IMG/VR virus record: IMGVR_UViG_3300020056_000007
Strand: one strand, 5' to 3'
From: a virus
Length of the DNA: 64,000 bases
Shown here piece after piece: positions 46,154 through 56,483 of this stretch. The position numbers and the translations under genes were made by a program. Below the pieces are notes generated by a model that was not told the DNA's origin, searched no databases, and saw only the letters and a program-made list of their open reading frames with translations. The stretch's first letter is position 1. Each line of letters opens with the position of its first letter.

Positions 46154-49100
46154 ATGATGAAAATTGCTATTATTGACCTTTTAGGTCTGACTTATGATGG
46201 AACTACATTAGAAAAACGTGGGTTAGGCGGATCTGAATCAGCTGTAATTCTTATGTCAAAAGAATTGGCGGCTTTAGGATTTAGTGTGACCGTTTACAAC
46301 AATTGTATTGATTCTGAAGCGCAGCCAGGAATTTATAATGATGTAAAATTTATTGATCATAGCCAGTTTACAAAACCCACTCAACCTCTTCCATTTGATG
46401 TAGAATATGATATAATAATATCATCTAGATCAGTTTATCCTTTCTTTTCAAATAACAAATATGGAGAGCTTTGCAGTAAAGCAAAATATAAAGTCGTGTG
46501 GATGCACGATACATTTTGTGAAGGTGATGAACATATAGAATCTATGCTCAATCAAGGAATAATTGATGAGCTATTTACTTTATCAGATTTTCATACAAAT
46601 TATATTTTAAACTGCGAGCATGGTGTTAAAAGAAATTTTGAAGTTTTAAAAAATAAAATTTTTCAGACTCGAAACGGTGCAGTAAAATATATTGATGAAG
46701 TAGACTTAAGCCAAAAAGATAAAAGTCATTTTGTCTATAATGCTTCAGTAACAAAGGGGCTTAATCCTTTACTACAAGATATTTGGCCAGAAGTAAAACG
46801 CCAAATTCCAAGTGCGCATCTCACTGTTATTGGTGGATTTTATAGATTTAGAGAAGGCGCTGAGCCTGATGCACAAGAAAAAGATCATCGTAAATATGTA
46901 GAAACATATCCAAAAGAATTAGATGTAACTTTTACTGGTGTTATACCACAAAAAGAGATAGCAGAAATATTATCTAATGCGGGGTTTATGTTGTATCCAA
47001 CTGAATTTCCAGAAACATTTGGTATTTCAGCATTAGAATCTTTATTATATAAAACTCCTCTTATTACTTCTCGTTTTGGTGCTCTTGAAGAAACAGCACT
47101 CGATCTGGCATGCTATAAACAAAACTATGCCAACTGCCCCAATGGTTTATTTCCTAGAATTGACAGAAATGAGCAAGCTAAATCATTTATTGATATGACA
47201 ATACAAGCATATCACAACGATTATTTGTTACAACAAAAACAAAATTATTGCGATGTTATTGATGACATTTATGGATGGGATACAGTTGCCTTACAATGGC
47301 AACAACATTTTTATCGTAAATTAAAAAAATATTTGCCCGTAAATCAATACAGAAAAGTATCATATATTAATGATAAAGTAAAAAGAATTTATGGAAGAAG
47401 ATTTGAAAATCCCATAGAAAGATCTGAATATAGAACTACGCACCCAGAAAAAAGAATTGTAATAATTTCACCATTTCGAAATGCCGATGATTATATTGTT
47501 GATCATTGTTTATCAGTTGACCAACAAGATTATGATAATTATTTGCATATTGTTATTGATGATAATTCAGATAATGAAATTGAATTACCTTCTAATTCTA
47601 AAAGAATGATTATAAGAAATGATGAGAGATGCGGATGTATAGCTAATCAATTAAATTATATGCAACATGCAACAGAAGATGATATTATCATTCTTTTAGA
47701 TGGTGATGATTTTTTAATTAATAATCCAACAATTTTTAAATACTATAATCAACTTTATCATGAAGGAATTGAATTTACATATGGTTCTATGTGGAGTTTA
47801 GCCGATAATATTCCTCTTATTGCTCAAGACTATCCAAACAAAGTAAAGAAAGATAAATCTTATAGAAAGCATTTATTTAATTGGAAAATTCCATATACTC
47901 ACTTGCGAACCTTCCTTGGAAAATATGCTTATAAATTAAATCCTAGTAATTATAAAATTCCTGGTAAAGGTTTTATGAAGAGTGGGGCTGATAATCCATT
48001 ATTTTATGAATTAATAGAAATGGTGGCACCAGAAAAAATTAAAGCAGTAAAAGAAATTATGGTTCTTTATAATGACATTAATCCATTAAATGATTATAAA
48101 GTAAATCCTATTGAACAAAATCAAAACGCATATTCGTCATATAAATCTAAGGATGAAAATAAAATGAAACAAATTCTAATTGCAATTCCTACAAATGCAG
48201 GTATTGAACCTGAAACATTTAAATCGATTTATAATCTTGAAATGCCAGAAGGTGTAAAGACTCATTTTGAATTTTTCTATGGGTATCAAGTTGATCAAAT
48301 TAGAAATTTAATTGCTGAATGGGGTAAAAATTATGACTATACATTTTGGGTTGACAGCGATATAATTTTACCAAAAGATGCTTTAATTAAATTATATGAA
48401 TCAGATAAAGATATCATTTCTGGTGTGTATATGCAAAGAAAACACGATAAACAAATTTTAGAACTTTATAATGAAGGTGGAAACATTCCGCACAATGAAT
48501 TAGAACATGGTTTAATGGAAGTAAAAGGATGTGGCTTTGGTTGTGTTCTAATAAAAGGCCATGTGCTTAATGAAATGGAATATCCGCATTTTAAATATAA
48601 GTCTGCTTTGAATCATGATCATACATATTCTGAAGATGTTTATTTTTGTGATAGAGCAAGAGAAAAAGGATTTAAAATTTGGGCAGACACAACTTTAATT
48701 TGTGAACATAAAGGTCATCATCTTTTTGTACCACAAATATCATATAAAGTTAATACTGTGTCGAAAGAAGTGAATCAGCATTTAATTGAAAGATCAAAGG
48801 AAGATGTAATGCTTCCATTTGTTAAAACATATTTAAATGATATGAAAATTAGATGGGATTTTCAACCTAAAGTAGTTTATGATATTGGTGCAAGTTGTTT
48901 ACACTGGACAAACACGGCAAAACAAATTTGGCATGATACAAAGTTTATTGCCTTTGATGCTCTTGAAGAATATAAAGATGTATATGATTATTATGGTGTT
49001 GATTATGCTATCGCTTTATTAAGTAAAGAAAAAGAAATACGAACTTTCCATACAAATATAGAACATCCTGCTGGTGGAAGCATGTATATTGAAAAAGATC

Positions 49101-49426
49101 ATAAACAATTATATCATGATCATCGACAAATGGGAGCAATGTCATTAGATGAATTAGTAAAACTAAATGATTTTCCTATGCCAGATATGATTAAAATAGA
49201 TGTACAAGGTGCAGAAAAAGAAGTTTTACAAGGAGCGATAGAAACATTAAAAAGTGTTAAACATTTGATTATAGAAGTACAATCAGAAGAGTACAACGAA
49301 GGCGCTCCATTAAAAGAAGAAACGTTTGATTATCTTGATGAAATTGGTTTTAGATTCGTAGAAGAAATTGTTAATTATGGCCCTGATGCAGATTATCATT
49401 TTATAAGAAAGAATTTATATAAATAG
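46154..49426 (+). CDS. Multidomain glycosyltransferase: GT4-like + GT2 + GT2-like + FkbM methyltransferase
   Basis: GLGGSESA...YPTEFPETFGISALES (GT-B); IISPFRNA...IDDNS...LDGDD (GT2); IAIPT...WVDSD...GFGCVL...SEDVYFC (GT-A); YDIGAS...KIDVQGAE..VLQG (FkbM). Confidence 0.88.
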   Translation: MMKIAIIDLLGLTYDGTTLEKRGLGGSESAVILMSKELAALGFSVTVYNNCIDSEAQPGIYNDVKFIDHSQFTKPTQPLPFDVEYDIIISSRSVYPFFSNNKYGELCSKAKYKVVWMHDTFCEGDEHIESMLNQGIIDELFTLSDFHTNYILNCEHGVKRNFEVLKNKIFQTRNGAVKYIDEVDLSQKDKSHFVYNASVTKGLNPLLQDIWPEVKRQIPSAHLTVIGGFYRFREGAEPDAQEKDHRKYVETYPKELDVTFTGVIPQKEIAEILSNAGFMLYPTEFPETFGISALESLLYKTPLITSRFGALEETALDLACYKQNYANCPNGLFPRIDRNEQAKSFIDMTIQAYHNDYLLQQKQNYCDVIDDIYGWDTVALQWQQHFYRKLKKYLPVNQYRKVSYINDKVKRIYGRRFENPIERSEYRTTHPEKRIVIISPFRNADDYIVDHCLSVDQQDYDNYLHIVIDDNSDNEIELPSNSKRMIIRNDERCGCIANQLNYMQHATEDDIIILLDGDDFLINNPTIFKYYNQLYHEGIEFTYGSMWSLADNIPLIAQDYPNKVKKDKSYRKHLFNWKIPYTHLRTFLGKYAYKLNPSNYKIPGKGFMKSGADNPLFYELIEMVAPEKIKAVKEIMVLYNDINPLNDYKVNPIEQNQNAYSSYKSKDENKMKQILIAIPTNAGIEPETFKSIYNLEMPEGVKTHFEFFYGYQVDQIRNLIAEWGKNYDYTFWVDSDIILPKDALIKLYESDKDIISGVYMQRKHDKQILELYNEGGNIPHNELEHGLMEVKGCGFGCVLIKGHVLNEMEYPHFKYKSALNHDHTYSEDVYFCDRAREKGFKIWADTTLICEHKGHHLFVPQISYKVNTVSKEVNQHLIERSKEDVMLPFVKTYLNDMKIRWDFQPKVVYDIGASCLHWTNTAKQIWHDTKFIAFDALEEYKDVYDYYGVDYAIALLSKEKEIRTFHTNIEHPAGGSMYIEKDHKQLYHDHRQMGAMSLDELVKLNDFPMPDMIKIDVQGAEKEVLQGAIETLKSVKHLIIEVQSEEYNEGAPLKEETFDYLDEIGFRFVEEIVNYGPDADYHFIRKNLYK
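49418..49425 (+). promoter_or_regulatory. T4-type late promoter TATAAATA
   Basis: Exact consensus overlapping the GT stop codon, upstream of gp13. Confidence 0.85.
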
Positions 49427-49456
49427 TCATAGATTAATCAAAATGTGGAGATCTCT

Positions 49457-50212
49457 ATGGCTAATCCAACAACAAGAGAAGAACTCATAGAATATTGTAA
49501 AAGACGATTGGGTGATCCAGTTATTGAGATCAACGTCGATGATGATCAAGTAGAAGATCGTGTTGACGAAGCGTTACAATACTATCAAGAGTTTCATTCT
49601 GATGCTACAGTAAAAACATATTTGAAACATCAAGTTACTTCAGCAGATGTTTCAAATGGTTATATTCCTATATCATCAGATATTATTTACGTATCAAGAT
49701 TATTTCCAATATCAAGTTCATTTAGTTATTCTCACAATTTTTTTGATATTAAATACCAAATGATGTTAAATGATATTGCAGATTTACAGAATTTTGCTGG
49801 AGATCTTGCTTATTATGAACAAATGCAACAATACCTTTCTATATTAGATATGACTTTAAATGGTACACCACAAGTAACATTTCAAAGACATGCAAATAGA
49901 CTCCATATACATGGTGATTTTACAGATGAAGATATTAAAGTTGATGATTATGTAGTTGCTGAAGTTTTTCAAATTGTAGATCCAAATACACATACTTCTG
50001 TATATAATGATATGTGGTTAAAAGAATATACTACTGCCCTTATTAAAGAACAGTGGGGTCAAAATCTAATTAAGTTTGAAGGAATGCAGTTACCAGGCGG
50101 CGTAACTTTAAATGGTAGACAATTATATGAAGATGCTAAAACTGAAATTGAACAATTAAGAGAGAAAATTAGATTAGAACAAGAACTACCAGCAGATTTT
50201 TTTGTAGGTTAA
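49457..50212 (+). CDS. gp13: Neck protein gp13
   Basis: P.TREELIEYCKRRLG.PVIEINV...WLKEY.TALIK.QWGQNL.KF.G.QLPGGVTLNG; ATG at 49457 follows a GGAG SD. Confidence 0.92.
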   Translation: MANPTTREELIEYCKRRLGDPVIEINVDDDQVEDRVDEALQYYQEFHSDATVKTYLKHQVTSADVSNGYIPISSDIIYVSRLFPISSSFSYSHNFFDIKYQMMLNDIADLQNFAGDLAYYEQMQQYLSILDMTLNGTPQVTFQRHANRLHIHGDFTDEDIKVDDYVVAEVFQIVDPNTHTSVYNDMWLKEYTTALIKEQWGQNLIKFEGMQLPGGVTLNGRQLYEDAKTEIEQLREKIRLEQELPADFFVG

Positions 50213-50213
50213 T

Positions 50214-51095
50214 ATGCGCAATTTTTATTTCTCAGACAAAGTAAGATCAGAACAAAATCTCTATGAAGATATAATTATAGAGTCATTAAAAATGTATGGG
50301 CAAGATGTATATTACTTACCCAGAGATACTGTCGGCGAAATTAAAGAATTGGGTGATGAAGTTCCAGCAAGATTTAATTCTTCCCATAAAATAGAAATGT
50401 ATATTGAAAATACTGAAGGATTTGATGGTGAAGGAGATTTGTTTACAAGATTTGGAGTTGAAATACGTGATGAAGCAACGTTTGTTGTTTCTAGGCGTAG
50501 ATGGACACAACAAGTAAAACAATTTGATAGTGAAGTAACGGCCATAAGACCATTGGAAGGCGATTTAATTTATATTCCAATGACGAAAAAATTATTTGAA
50601 ATAACACACGTTGAGCATGAACAACCATTTTATCAATTAAGCAATTTACCTGTTTATAAATTAAGAGCTCACTTATATGATTATAATGATGAAGATCTTG
50701 ATACAGGTATTGATGAGATAGATAGTATTGAAAGAGATTATGCTTATACAACCAATATAACAGTTGATGCTGTTAATAGATCAATTGTTTTTGCAATAGG
50801 TGATACTATTAGACAAAATACTTCTACAGGAATTCAAATAGACGGTGAAATAGCATCATGGAATAGTGTAACTGGAATATTATCATTAATCCATGTATCA
50901 ACAAGTGATGGAAAATATCACCAATATACTCCTGGTGAAGCGATATATCAAGAAGAAAGTTTAACATTTAATATTACTTCAGTTGGAGAAGATATTAAAC
51001 AAACTGCAACTGAGCAAAATGATTTATTTAGTACAGATAATTTAAGTTTCTTAGATTTTAGTGAAGACAACCCATTTGGAGATCCTGATGACTGA
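50214..51095 (+). CDS. gp14: Neck protein gp14
   Basis: EQNLYEDIIIESLKMYGQDVYYLPR, RPLEGDLIY, VEHEQPFYQL and DFSEDNPFG. Confidence 0.92.
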   Translation: MRNFYFSDKVRSEQNLYEDIIIESLKMYGQDVYYLPRDTVGEIKELGDEVPARFNSSHKIEMYIENTEGFDGEGDLFTRFGVEIRDEATFVVSRRRWTQQVKQFDSEVTAIRPLEGDLIYIPMTKKLFEITHVEHEQPFYQLSNLPVYKLRAHLYDYNDEDLDTGIDEIDSIERDYAYTTNITVDAVNRSIVFAIGDTIRQNTSTGIQIDGEIASWNSVTGILSLIHVSTSDGKYHQYTPGEAIYQEESLTFNITSVGEDIKQTATEQNDLFSTDNLSFLDFSEDNPFGDPDD

Positions 51096-51351
51096 TGATA
51101 TTTTTGATTTTGGATTTACAGCTGTTGATGAAGAAGAATTACAAGCTGTACAAAAAACACAACAAGTAGCCGAAGATGCTAAACAAGCATCTGCGAGCTA
51201 TCAAGATAAATTAGATAGATTATACAATGCTATTGTTCCTCTTTTGAACAATCTAAAAAAGAATCCAGAGAAAGAGTATATTCTTTGGCCTGATAGATTA
51301 GCAAAAGTGGAAGCGTTTGAAACACATCTACAAAAAATATATAAAGGTTAA
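51088..51351 (+). CDS. Conserved hypothetical protein
   Basis: MTDDIFDFGFTAVDE...PLLNNLKKNPEKEYILWPDR; ATG 51088 overlaps the end of gp14. Confidence 0.7.
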   Translation: MTDDIFDFGFTAVDEEELQAVQKTQQVAEDAKQASASYQDKLDRLYNAIVPLLNNLKKNPEKEYILWPDRLAKVEAFETHLQKIYKG

Positions 51352-51353
51352 TC

Positions 51354-52142
51354 ATGTTTGGACAACATTTTTATCACGAAAAAATCCGTAAATGTGTATC
51401 AATATTTGGTTCACTATTTAATAATATTTATGTTGTCCGTAAGTCAGGAGGAGGAACTAGTTCAAGCCAAATAAAAGTTCCTTTATCTTATGCACCAAAA
51501 AATAAGTATTTAGAAAGAATTAGAGAAGTACCAGATTTAGTTAATGATTCAAAAGTAGCTATAAAGCTTCCTCGTATGTCATTTGAGATAGTTACATTTG
51601 CTTATGATAATGCCAGACAATTAACTAAAATAAGTAATTTTAATACAGTTGGTACTTCTGCACAAAATAGAAATCAATTTTATTCGCCCGTTCCTTATAG
51701 TATAAATTTTCAATTAAATATTTATGCTAAAAATCAAGATGATGCTTTACAAATAGTTGAACAAATATTGCCAACATTTAATCCTCAATATACTTTAACT
51801 ATAAAACCATTTATTGACACGTATTCATCATTTAAAGAAGATATTCCGGTTATTATTCAAGGTTTATCATTTTCAGATGATTTTGATGGACCTCAAGAAT
51901 CTAGAAGAACAATTGTATATACATTAGATTTTGAAATGAAGGTCAATTTCTATGGACCAATTGCACCTAAAAGTGTTATTAGACAAGCCGATGCAAAAAT
52001 ATTTGATATTAATGCTGGATATAGGGATAGCGATAATTATGTAGAAACATTAAGAGTGGTGCCAGATCCAATTACTACAATTGGTTTAGCTGATAGCGAT
52101 TTTGGTTTTACCACAATTTATTTGGATAGTAATGATGTATGA
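51354..52142 (+). CDS. gp15: Tail sheath stabiliser / completion protein gp15
   Basis: FYHEKIRK...FGSLFNNI, VPLSYAPK, LPRMSFE and QIVEQILPTF.P. Confidence 0.92.
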   Translation: MFGQHFYHEKIRKCVSIFGSLFNNIYVVRKSGGGTSSSQIKVPLSYAPKNKYLERIREVPDLVNDSKVAIKLPRMSFEIVTFAYDNARQLTKISNFNTVGTSAQNRNQFYSPVPYSINFQLNIYAKNQDDALQIVEQILPTFNPQYTLTIKPFIDTYSSFKEDIPVIIQGLSFSDDFDGPQESRRTIVYTLDFEMKVNFYGPIAPKSVIRQADAKIFDINAGYRDSDNYVETLRVVPDPITTIGLADSDFGFTTIYLDSNDV

Positions 52143-52551
52143 ATATAGATGTAAACTTAGAAAAGTAATTGATGGTGATACAGTAGATGTTGATATTGAT
52201 TTAGGATTTGGTGTATGGCTAAAAGATGAAAGAGTAAGATTGTCGGGAATTGATACTCCTGAATCAAGAACAAGTGATAAAGTAGAAAAGAAATATGGAT
52301 TAGCAGCGAAACATTATGTTGAAAGATTTACTGATGACGAATGGCTAATTCTTAAAACGAAAGAGTATGATGCTAAAGGTAAATTCGGTCGAATACTTGG
52401 AGAAATTTGGAGAACAAGCAGTTTTGCAGATAAATCTTTAAATGATTACCTTATTGAGAAACATCATGCGGTGTATTATTATGGTCAAGCGAAACATATG
52501 GTGGAGGCCGAACATCTCAAAAATAGAGAGTTGGTAAGATTAGATGAATAA
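52135..52551 (+). CDS. Thermonuclease (SNase-like) family protein
   Basis: KVIDGDTVDVDIDLGF, RVRLSGIDTPESRT and GKFGRILG. Confidence 0.85.
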   Translation: MYEYRCKLRKVIDGDTVDVDIDLGFGVWLKDERVRLSGIDTPESRTSDKVEKKYGLAAKHYVERFTDDEWLILKTKEYDAKGKFGRILGEIWRTSSFADKSLNDYLIEKHHAVYYYGQAKHMVEAEHLKNRELVRLDE

Positions 52552-52897
52552 GAAAATAAATGATGATTACGATTATTCTCGTGAAACATACTATGAGCTT
52601 TTGGAAAAAGGTAAACAATCTTTAGATCTTATGATTGAAGTTGCTAGAGAATCTGAACATCCAAGAGCATTTGAAGTTTTATCTAATATGGTAAAAAATC
52701 TAGCTGATGTTAATGATAAATTGATGGATTTAAATAAGAAAAATAAAGAAATAACAAAAGAAGAACAAGAAAAAGTTAAACAAATAACTAATAATAATGT
52801 ATTTTTGGGATCTACTGCTGAACTTCAAAAATTATTACAAAATGAAAGAAAAATTATAGATGCTGAACCCGCACGAAAGTTACCTAGGGAATCCTAA
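52544..52897 (+). CDS. gp16: Terminase small subunit gp16
   Basis: DYDYSRETY..L...A.ESEHPRAFEV...NNNVFLGSTAELQKLL. Confidence 0.9.
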   Translation: MNKKINDDYDYSRETYYELLEKGKQSLDLMIEVARESEHPRAFEVLSNMVKNLADVNDKLMDLNKKNKEITKEEQEKVKQITNNNVFLGSTAELQKLLQNERKIIDAEPARKLPRES

Positions 52898-54455
52898 TGT
52901 AAAACGCGATGGCGTTGTTCAGGACTGGAGCGAAGAGCAAGTTAAAGAATATGCTCGCTGTATGAACGATCCAGTTTATTTTGCACAAGAGTATTGTAAA
53001 GTTATTTCGCTTGATAAAGGATTAGTTCCATTTAAACTATATCCTTATCAGCAACAAATGTTTAAACAATTTCAGGAGAATAGGTTTAATGTCGTTCTCG
53101 CATGTCGTCAATCTGGTAAATCAATATCTGCCTGCGCGTACCTCTTATGGTTTGCATTATTCAATAGTGAAAAAACTGTTGCAATTTTGGCCAATAAGGG
53201 AGCCGTTGCTAGAGAAATGTTATCACGCGTTACTCTTATGCTTGAAAATATTCCTTTCTTTTTACAACCTGGATCAAAGGCGGTTAATAAAGGTAGTCTT
53301 GAGTTTAGTAATAATTCAAGGATTCTTGCTGCTGCTACTTCTGGCTCTTCTATCAGGGGTCTTTCTGTTAACCTTCTTTACTTAGATGAATTTGCATTTG
53401 TGGAGAGAGCCAATGAATTCTACACCTCGACATACCCAGTTGTCTCCTCAGGAGAAGATACGAAAATTATCGTCACGTCGACTGCGAATGGTATTGGCAA
53501 TACATTTTATAAGATATGGGAGGGAGCGACACAAGGAGTTAACGAATTTACTCCGTTCAGAGTTGATTGGTGGGACGTTCCAGGAAGAGATGACGCCTGG
53601 AAAGAACAAACTATCAATAATACATCGCAGTTACAATTCGATCAAGAATTTGGCAATACATTTTTTGGAACGGGTGATACGCTCATTAACGCAGAAACGT
53701 TAATGAGTCTTAGGGCTAGAAACCCAAGAAGAACGATGGAAGGTGGAAAATTATTAATATACGAAGAACCAATTAAAAAACATGAATATATTATGACGGT
53801 TGACGTATCGAAGGGAAGAGGACAGGATTATTCTACGTTTAATTTACTCGATATTAGCACTCGCCCATTTCAACAGGTGGCTGTGTATCGCAATAACACT
53901 ATATCTCCTTTACTCTTCCCTAATATTATATATAAGTACGCAAATTCTTATAATAAAGCATATGTAGTTATTGAATCAAATGATCAAGGTTCTCTTGTAA
54001 CAAATGGCCTTTATCATGATTTAGAGTATGAAAATATGCATGTTGAATCAGCTGTAAAGGCTAATGCATTAGGCATAGAAATTACAAGAAAAACAAAAAG
54101 ATTGGGATGTTCAGCAATCAAAGATTTGCTAGAAACTAAAAAATTAGAAGTAGTGGATGAACAAACTATTTTAGAAATATCTACATTTGAAGCCAGAGGT
54201 CAATCATTTGAAGCTGCTAATGGTAATCATGATGATTTAATGATGAATTTAGTTTTATTTGGCTATTTTGTTTCTGGTAATTATTTTCAAGATATGACAG
54301 ATATTAATTTAAAACAATTATTATTTGATCAAAGAATGAAAGAAATTGAAGAAGATGTGGTTCCATTTGGGTTTGTAGATGATGGTTCAGAATATATTCA
54401 AGTAATAGAACAGCCTGATAATGATTGGGCTATAGAATATGACCCTAATTTTTAA
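52860..54455 (+). CDS. gp17: Terminase large subunit gp17
   Basis: YLGNPN, RQSGKS (Walker A), LDEFAF (Walker B), STANG, FDQEF and HDDLMM. Confidence 0.96.
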   Translation: MLNPHESYLGNPNVKRDGVVQDWSEEQVKEYARCMNDPVYFAQEYCKVISLDKGLVPFKLYPYQQQMFKQFQENRFNVVLACRQSGKSISACAYLLWFALFNSEKTVAILANKGAVAREMLSRVTLMLENIPFFLQPGSKAVNKGSLEFSNNSRILAAATSGSSIRGLSVNLLYLDEFAFVERANEFYTSTYPVVSSGEDTKIIVTSTANGIGNTFYKIWEGATQGVNEFTPFRVDWWDVPGRDDAWKEQTINNTSQLQFDQEFGNTFFGTGDTLINAETLMSLRARNPRRTMEGGKLLIYEEPIKKHEYIMTVDVSKGRGQDYSTFNLLDISTRPFQQVAVYRNNTISPLLFPNIIYKYANSYNKAYVVIESNDQGSLVTNGLYHDLEYENMHVESAVKANALGIEITRKTKRLGCSAIKDLLETKKLEVVDEQTILEISTFEARGQSFEAANGNHDDLMMNLVLFGYFVSGNYFQDMTDINLKQLLFDQRMKEIEEDVVPFGFVDDGSEYIQVIEQPDNDWAIEYDPNF

Positions 54456-54459
54456 AACA

Positions 54460-54467
54460 TATAAATA
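54460..54467 (+). promoter_or_regulatory. T4-type late promoter TATAAATA
   Basis: Exact consensus upstream of gp18. Confidence 0.88.
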
Positions 54468-54528
54468 AAGTTAATTGAAGATAACCGTATTATGTTAGCA
54501 TATAATTTATAACCGAGAGGAAAAATCA

Positions 54529-56472
54529 ATGGCACTATTCACACCATCAGAAAGTCCTGCGGTTGTCGTCAAAGAAATTGATTTGACTGGTGGCGTTCCT
54601 AACGTTCAGTCAACTACTGGCGCAATTGTAGGTAACTTTAGATGGGGACCTGTTGAAGAAAGAACAAAAATCGCTAATGAAACAGAATTAGTAGATACGT
54701 TCGCTTCACCAGACTCGTCTAATACGATTGATTTCCACAATGCTTCTTATTTCCTGCGATATTCAAGCAGTATGCAAGTAGTAAGGGCCATTGATGGATC
54801 AGCGGCAAACGCCTTCTCAACCACGAGGGCAACAGATACAACCGGTCAAGAAGTTCTTGATTCAGACCAATGGTCTGGAGGAGTTGGAGGTTCTTTAACA
54901 CAAGGATCCAATGGAAATAGATCAGAACAAGCAAGGTTGAACCATCTGGCACAAGTTGTGGTTGTTAAAAACGAAAATGACTTTAATGCTCAATTATCAG
55001 CATTATCAGATCTTACTAAATCACCAGTTTTATCGAGTGATAGCGATGGAGCAGGAAACCTTCTTGTTGACTCAGACGCTTCAAATGCACTTGATCCTGG
55101 TAACCATACATGGATTGCTAGATATCCAGGCGCACTGGGTAATAGCTTAGAAGTTTCAATTTGTCCAGCTAATGCAACTGCTTTTGCGGCATGGGATTAT
55201 GAAAATGATTTCGATGCTGCACCTACAACTTCACAAACAACTGAAGCTAATGTAGGATTAGCATCTAATGATGAAGTTCACATTGTAATTGCAGATAAAA
55301 ATGGTAAAATTACTGGAACCAAAGGTGCGGTTTTAGAAACATATCCATTCTTATCAGTAGTAAAAGGATCAACAAGAGATGGAGGAGTAACTAACTACGC
55401 TCTTGATGTGATCAATCAAAATTCAAAATATGTTTGGATGGCGAACTGGGATTCTGATTGGAGAGCCCTTGGAGCAGGTAATTATTTAGCTGACAGTGAT
55501 AATAGCACTTTTAGTAAAGATAACACCGCAGCAACAACTTACGTTTTTGATAAAGGTGTAAATTCAGGTTCGCTTGGAATGAGCGAATTCGCTACAGGTC
55601 ACGATCTTTTTGAAGATAAAGACCAAGTAGAAGTTGATTTCCTTATTGCACCAGGTCTTAGTGGTGATGCATGGACAACTACTACAGGCGATCTTATTTC
55701 TACAGCTGAAAGTAGAAAAGATTGTGTAGTTGTATCATCTCCTCCACGCGATAAGGTTATTAACAGAACCAGTACATCTGATATTGTAACTGATACAGTA
55801 GCAGCTGCTAATGGTTTAAGTAAAAGATCTTCATATCACTTTATGGATAATAACTATCTTAAAGTTTATGATAAATATAACGATCAGTATATTCAAATTC
55901 CGGCTGCATCATCTACTGCAGGTCTTATGGCCGCAACTGATCTAAACCGAGCCCCTTGGTTCTCACCAGCTGGTGCGCGAAGAGGTGGATACTTAGGTAT
56001 TACTTCTATTGCTTACTCACCAACTAAAGGACAAAGAGATACACTCTACAAAGCAAGTGTTAACCCGGTTGCTAATATTCCTGGTCAAGGAACATTGCTA
56101 TTCGGTGATAAGACTATGTTAACAAGATCTTCTGCATTTGACAGAATCAATGTACGTAGATTGTTCCTTATTCTTGAAAGAGCAATTGCAAGAGCTGCTG
56201 AACAAGTTCTGTTTGAGTTCAATGATGAATTTACTAGAGCAGAGTTTGTTAACATCATTGAGCCGGTCCTTAGAGAAATCAAAGGGAGAAGAGGTATCAC
56301 TGACTTCCGTGTTGTAGCTGATGAAACTAATAACACACCAGAAGTTATTGATAGAAATGAATTCATCGCAAACATCTTCATCAAACCGGCAAGGTCCATT
56401 AACTACGTCACACTGAATTTTGTGGCAGTAAGAACCGGAGTCGATTTTGAAGAAGTAGTTGGCACGGTTTAA
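54529..56472 (+). CDS. gp18: Tail sheath protein gp18
   Basis: SP.VVVKEIDLT, FRWGP, PWFSPAG..RG, FDRINVRRLF and IKPARSINYVTLNFVA. Confidence 0.96.
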   Translation: MALFTPSESPAVVVKEIDLTGGVPNVQSTTGAIVGNFRWGPVEERTKIANETELVDTFASPDSSNTIDFHNASYFLRYSSSMQVVRAIDGSAANAFSTTRATDTTGQEVLDSDQWSGGVGGSLTQGSNGNRSEQARLNHLAQVVVVKNENDFNAQLSALSDLTKSPVLSSDSDGAGNLLVDSDASNALDPGNHTWIARYPGALGNSLEVSICPANATAFAAWDYENDFDAAPTTSQTTEANVGLASNDEVHIVIADKNGKITGTKGAVLETYPFLSVVKGSTRDGGVTNYALDVINQNSKYVWMANWDSDWRALGAGNYLADSDNSTFSKDNTAATTYVFDKGVNSGSLGMSEFATGHDLFEDKDQVEVDFLIAPGLSGDAWTTTTGDLISTAESRKDCVVVSSPPRDKVINRTSTSDIVTDTVAAANGLSKRSSYHFMDNNYLKVYDKYNDQYIQIPAASSTAGLMAATDLNRAPWFSPAGARRGGYLGITSIAYSPTKGQRDTLYKASVNPVANIPGQGTLLFGDKTMLTRSSAFDRINVRRLFLILERAIARAAEQVLFEFNDEFTRAEFVNIIEPVLREIKGRRGITDFRVVADETNNTPEVIDRNEFIANIFIKPARSINYVTLNFVAVRTGVDFEEVVGTV

Positions 56473-56483
56473 GGAGGTAGAAA

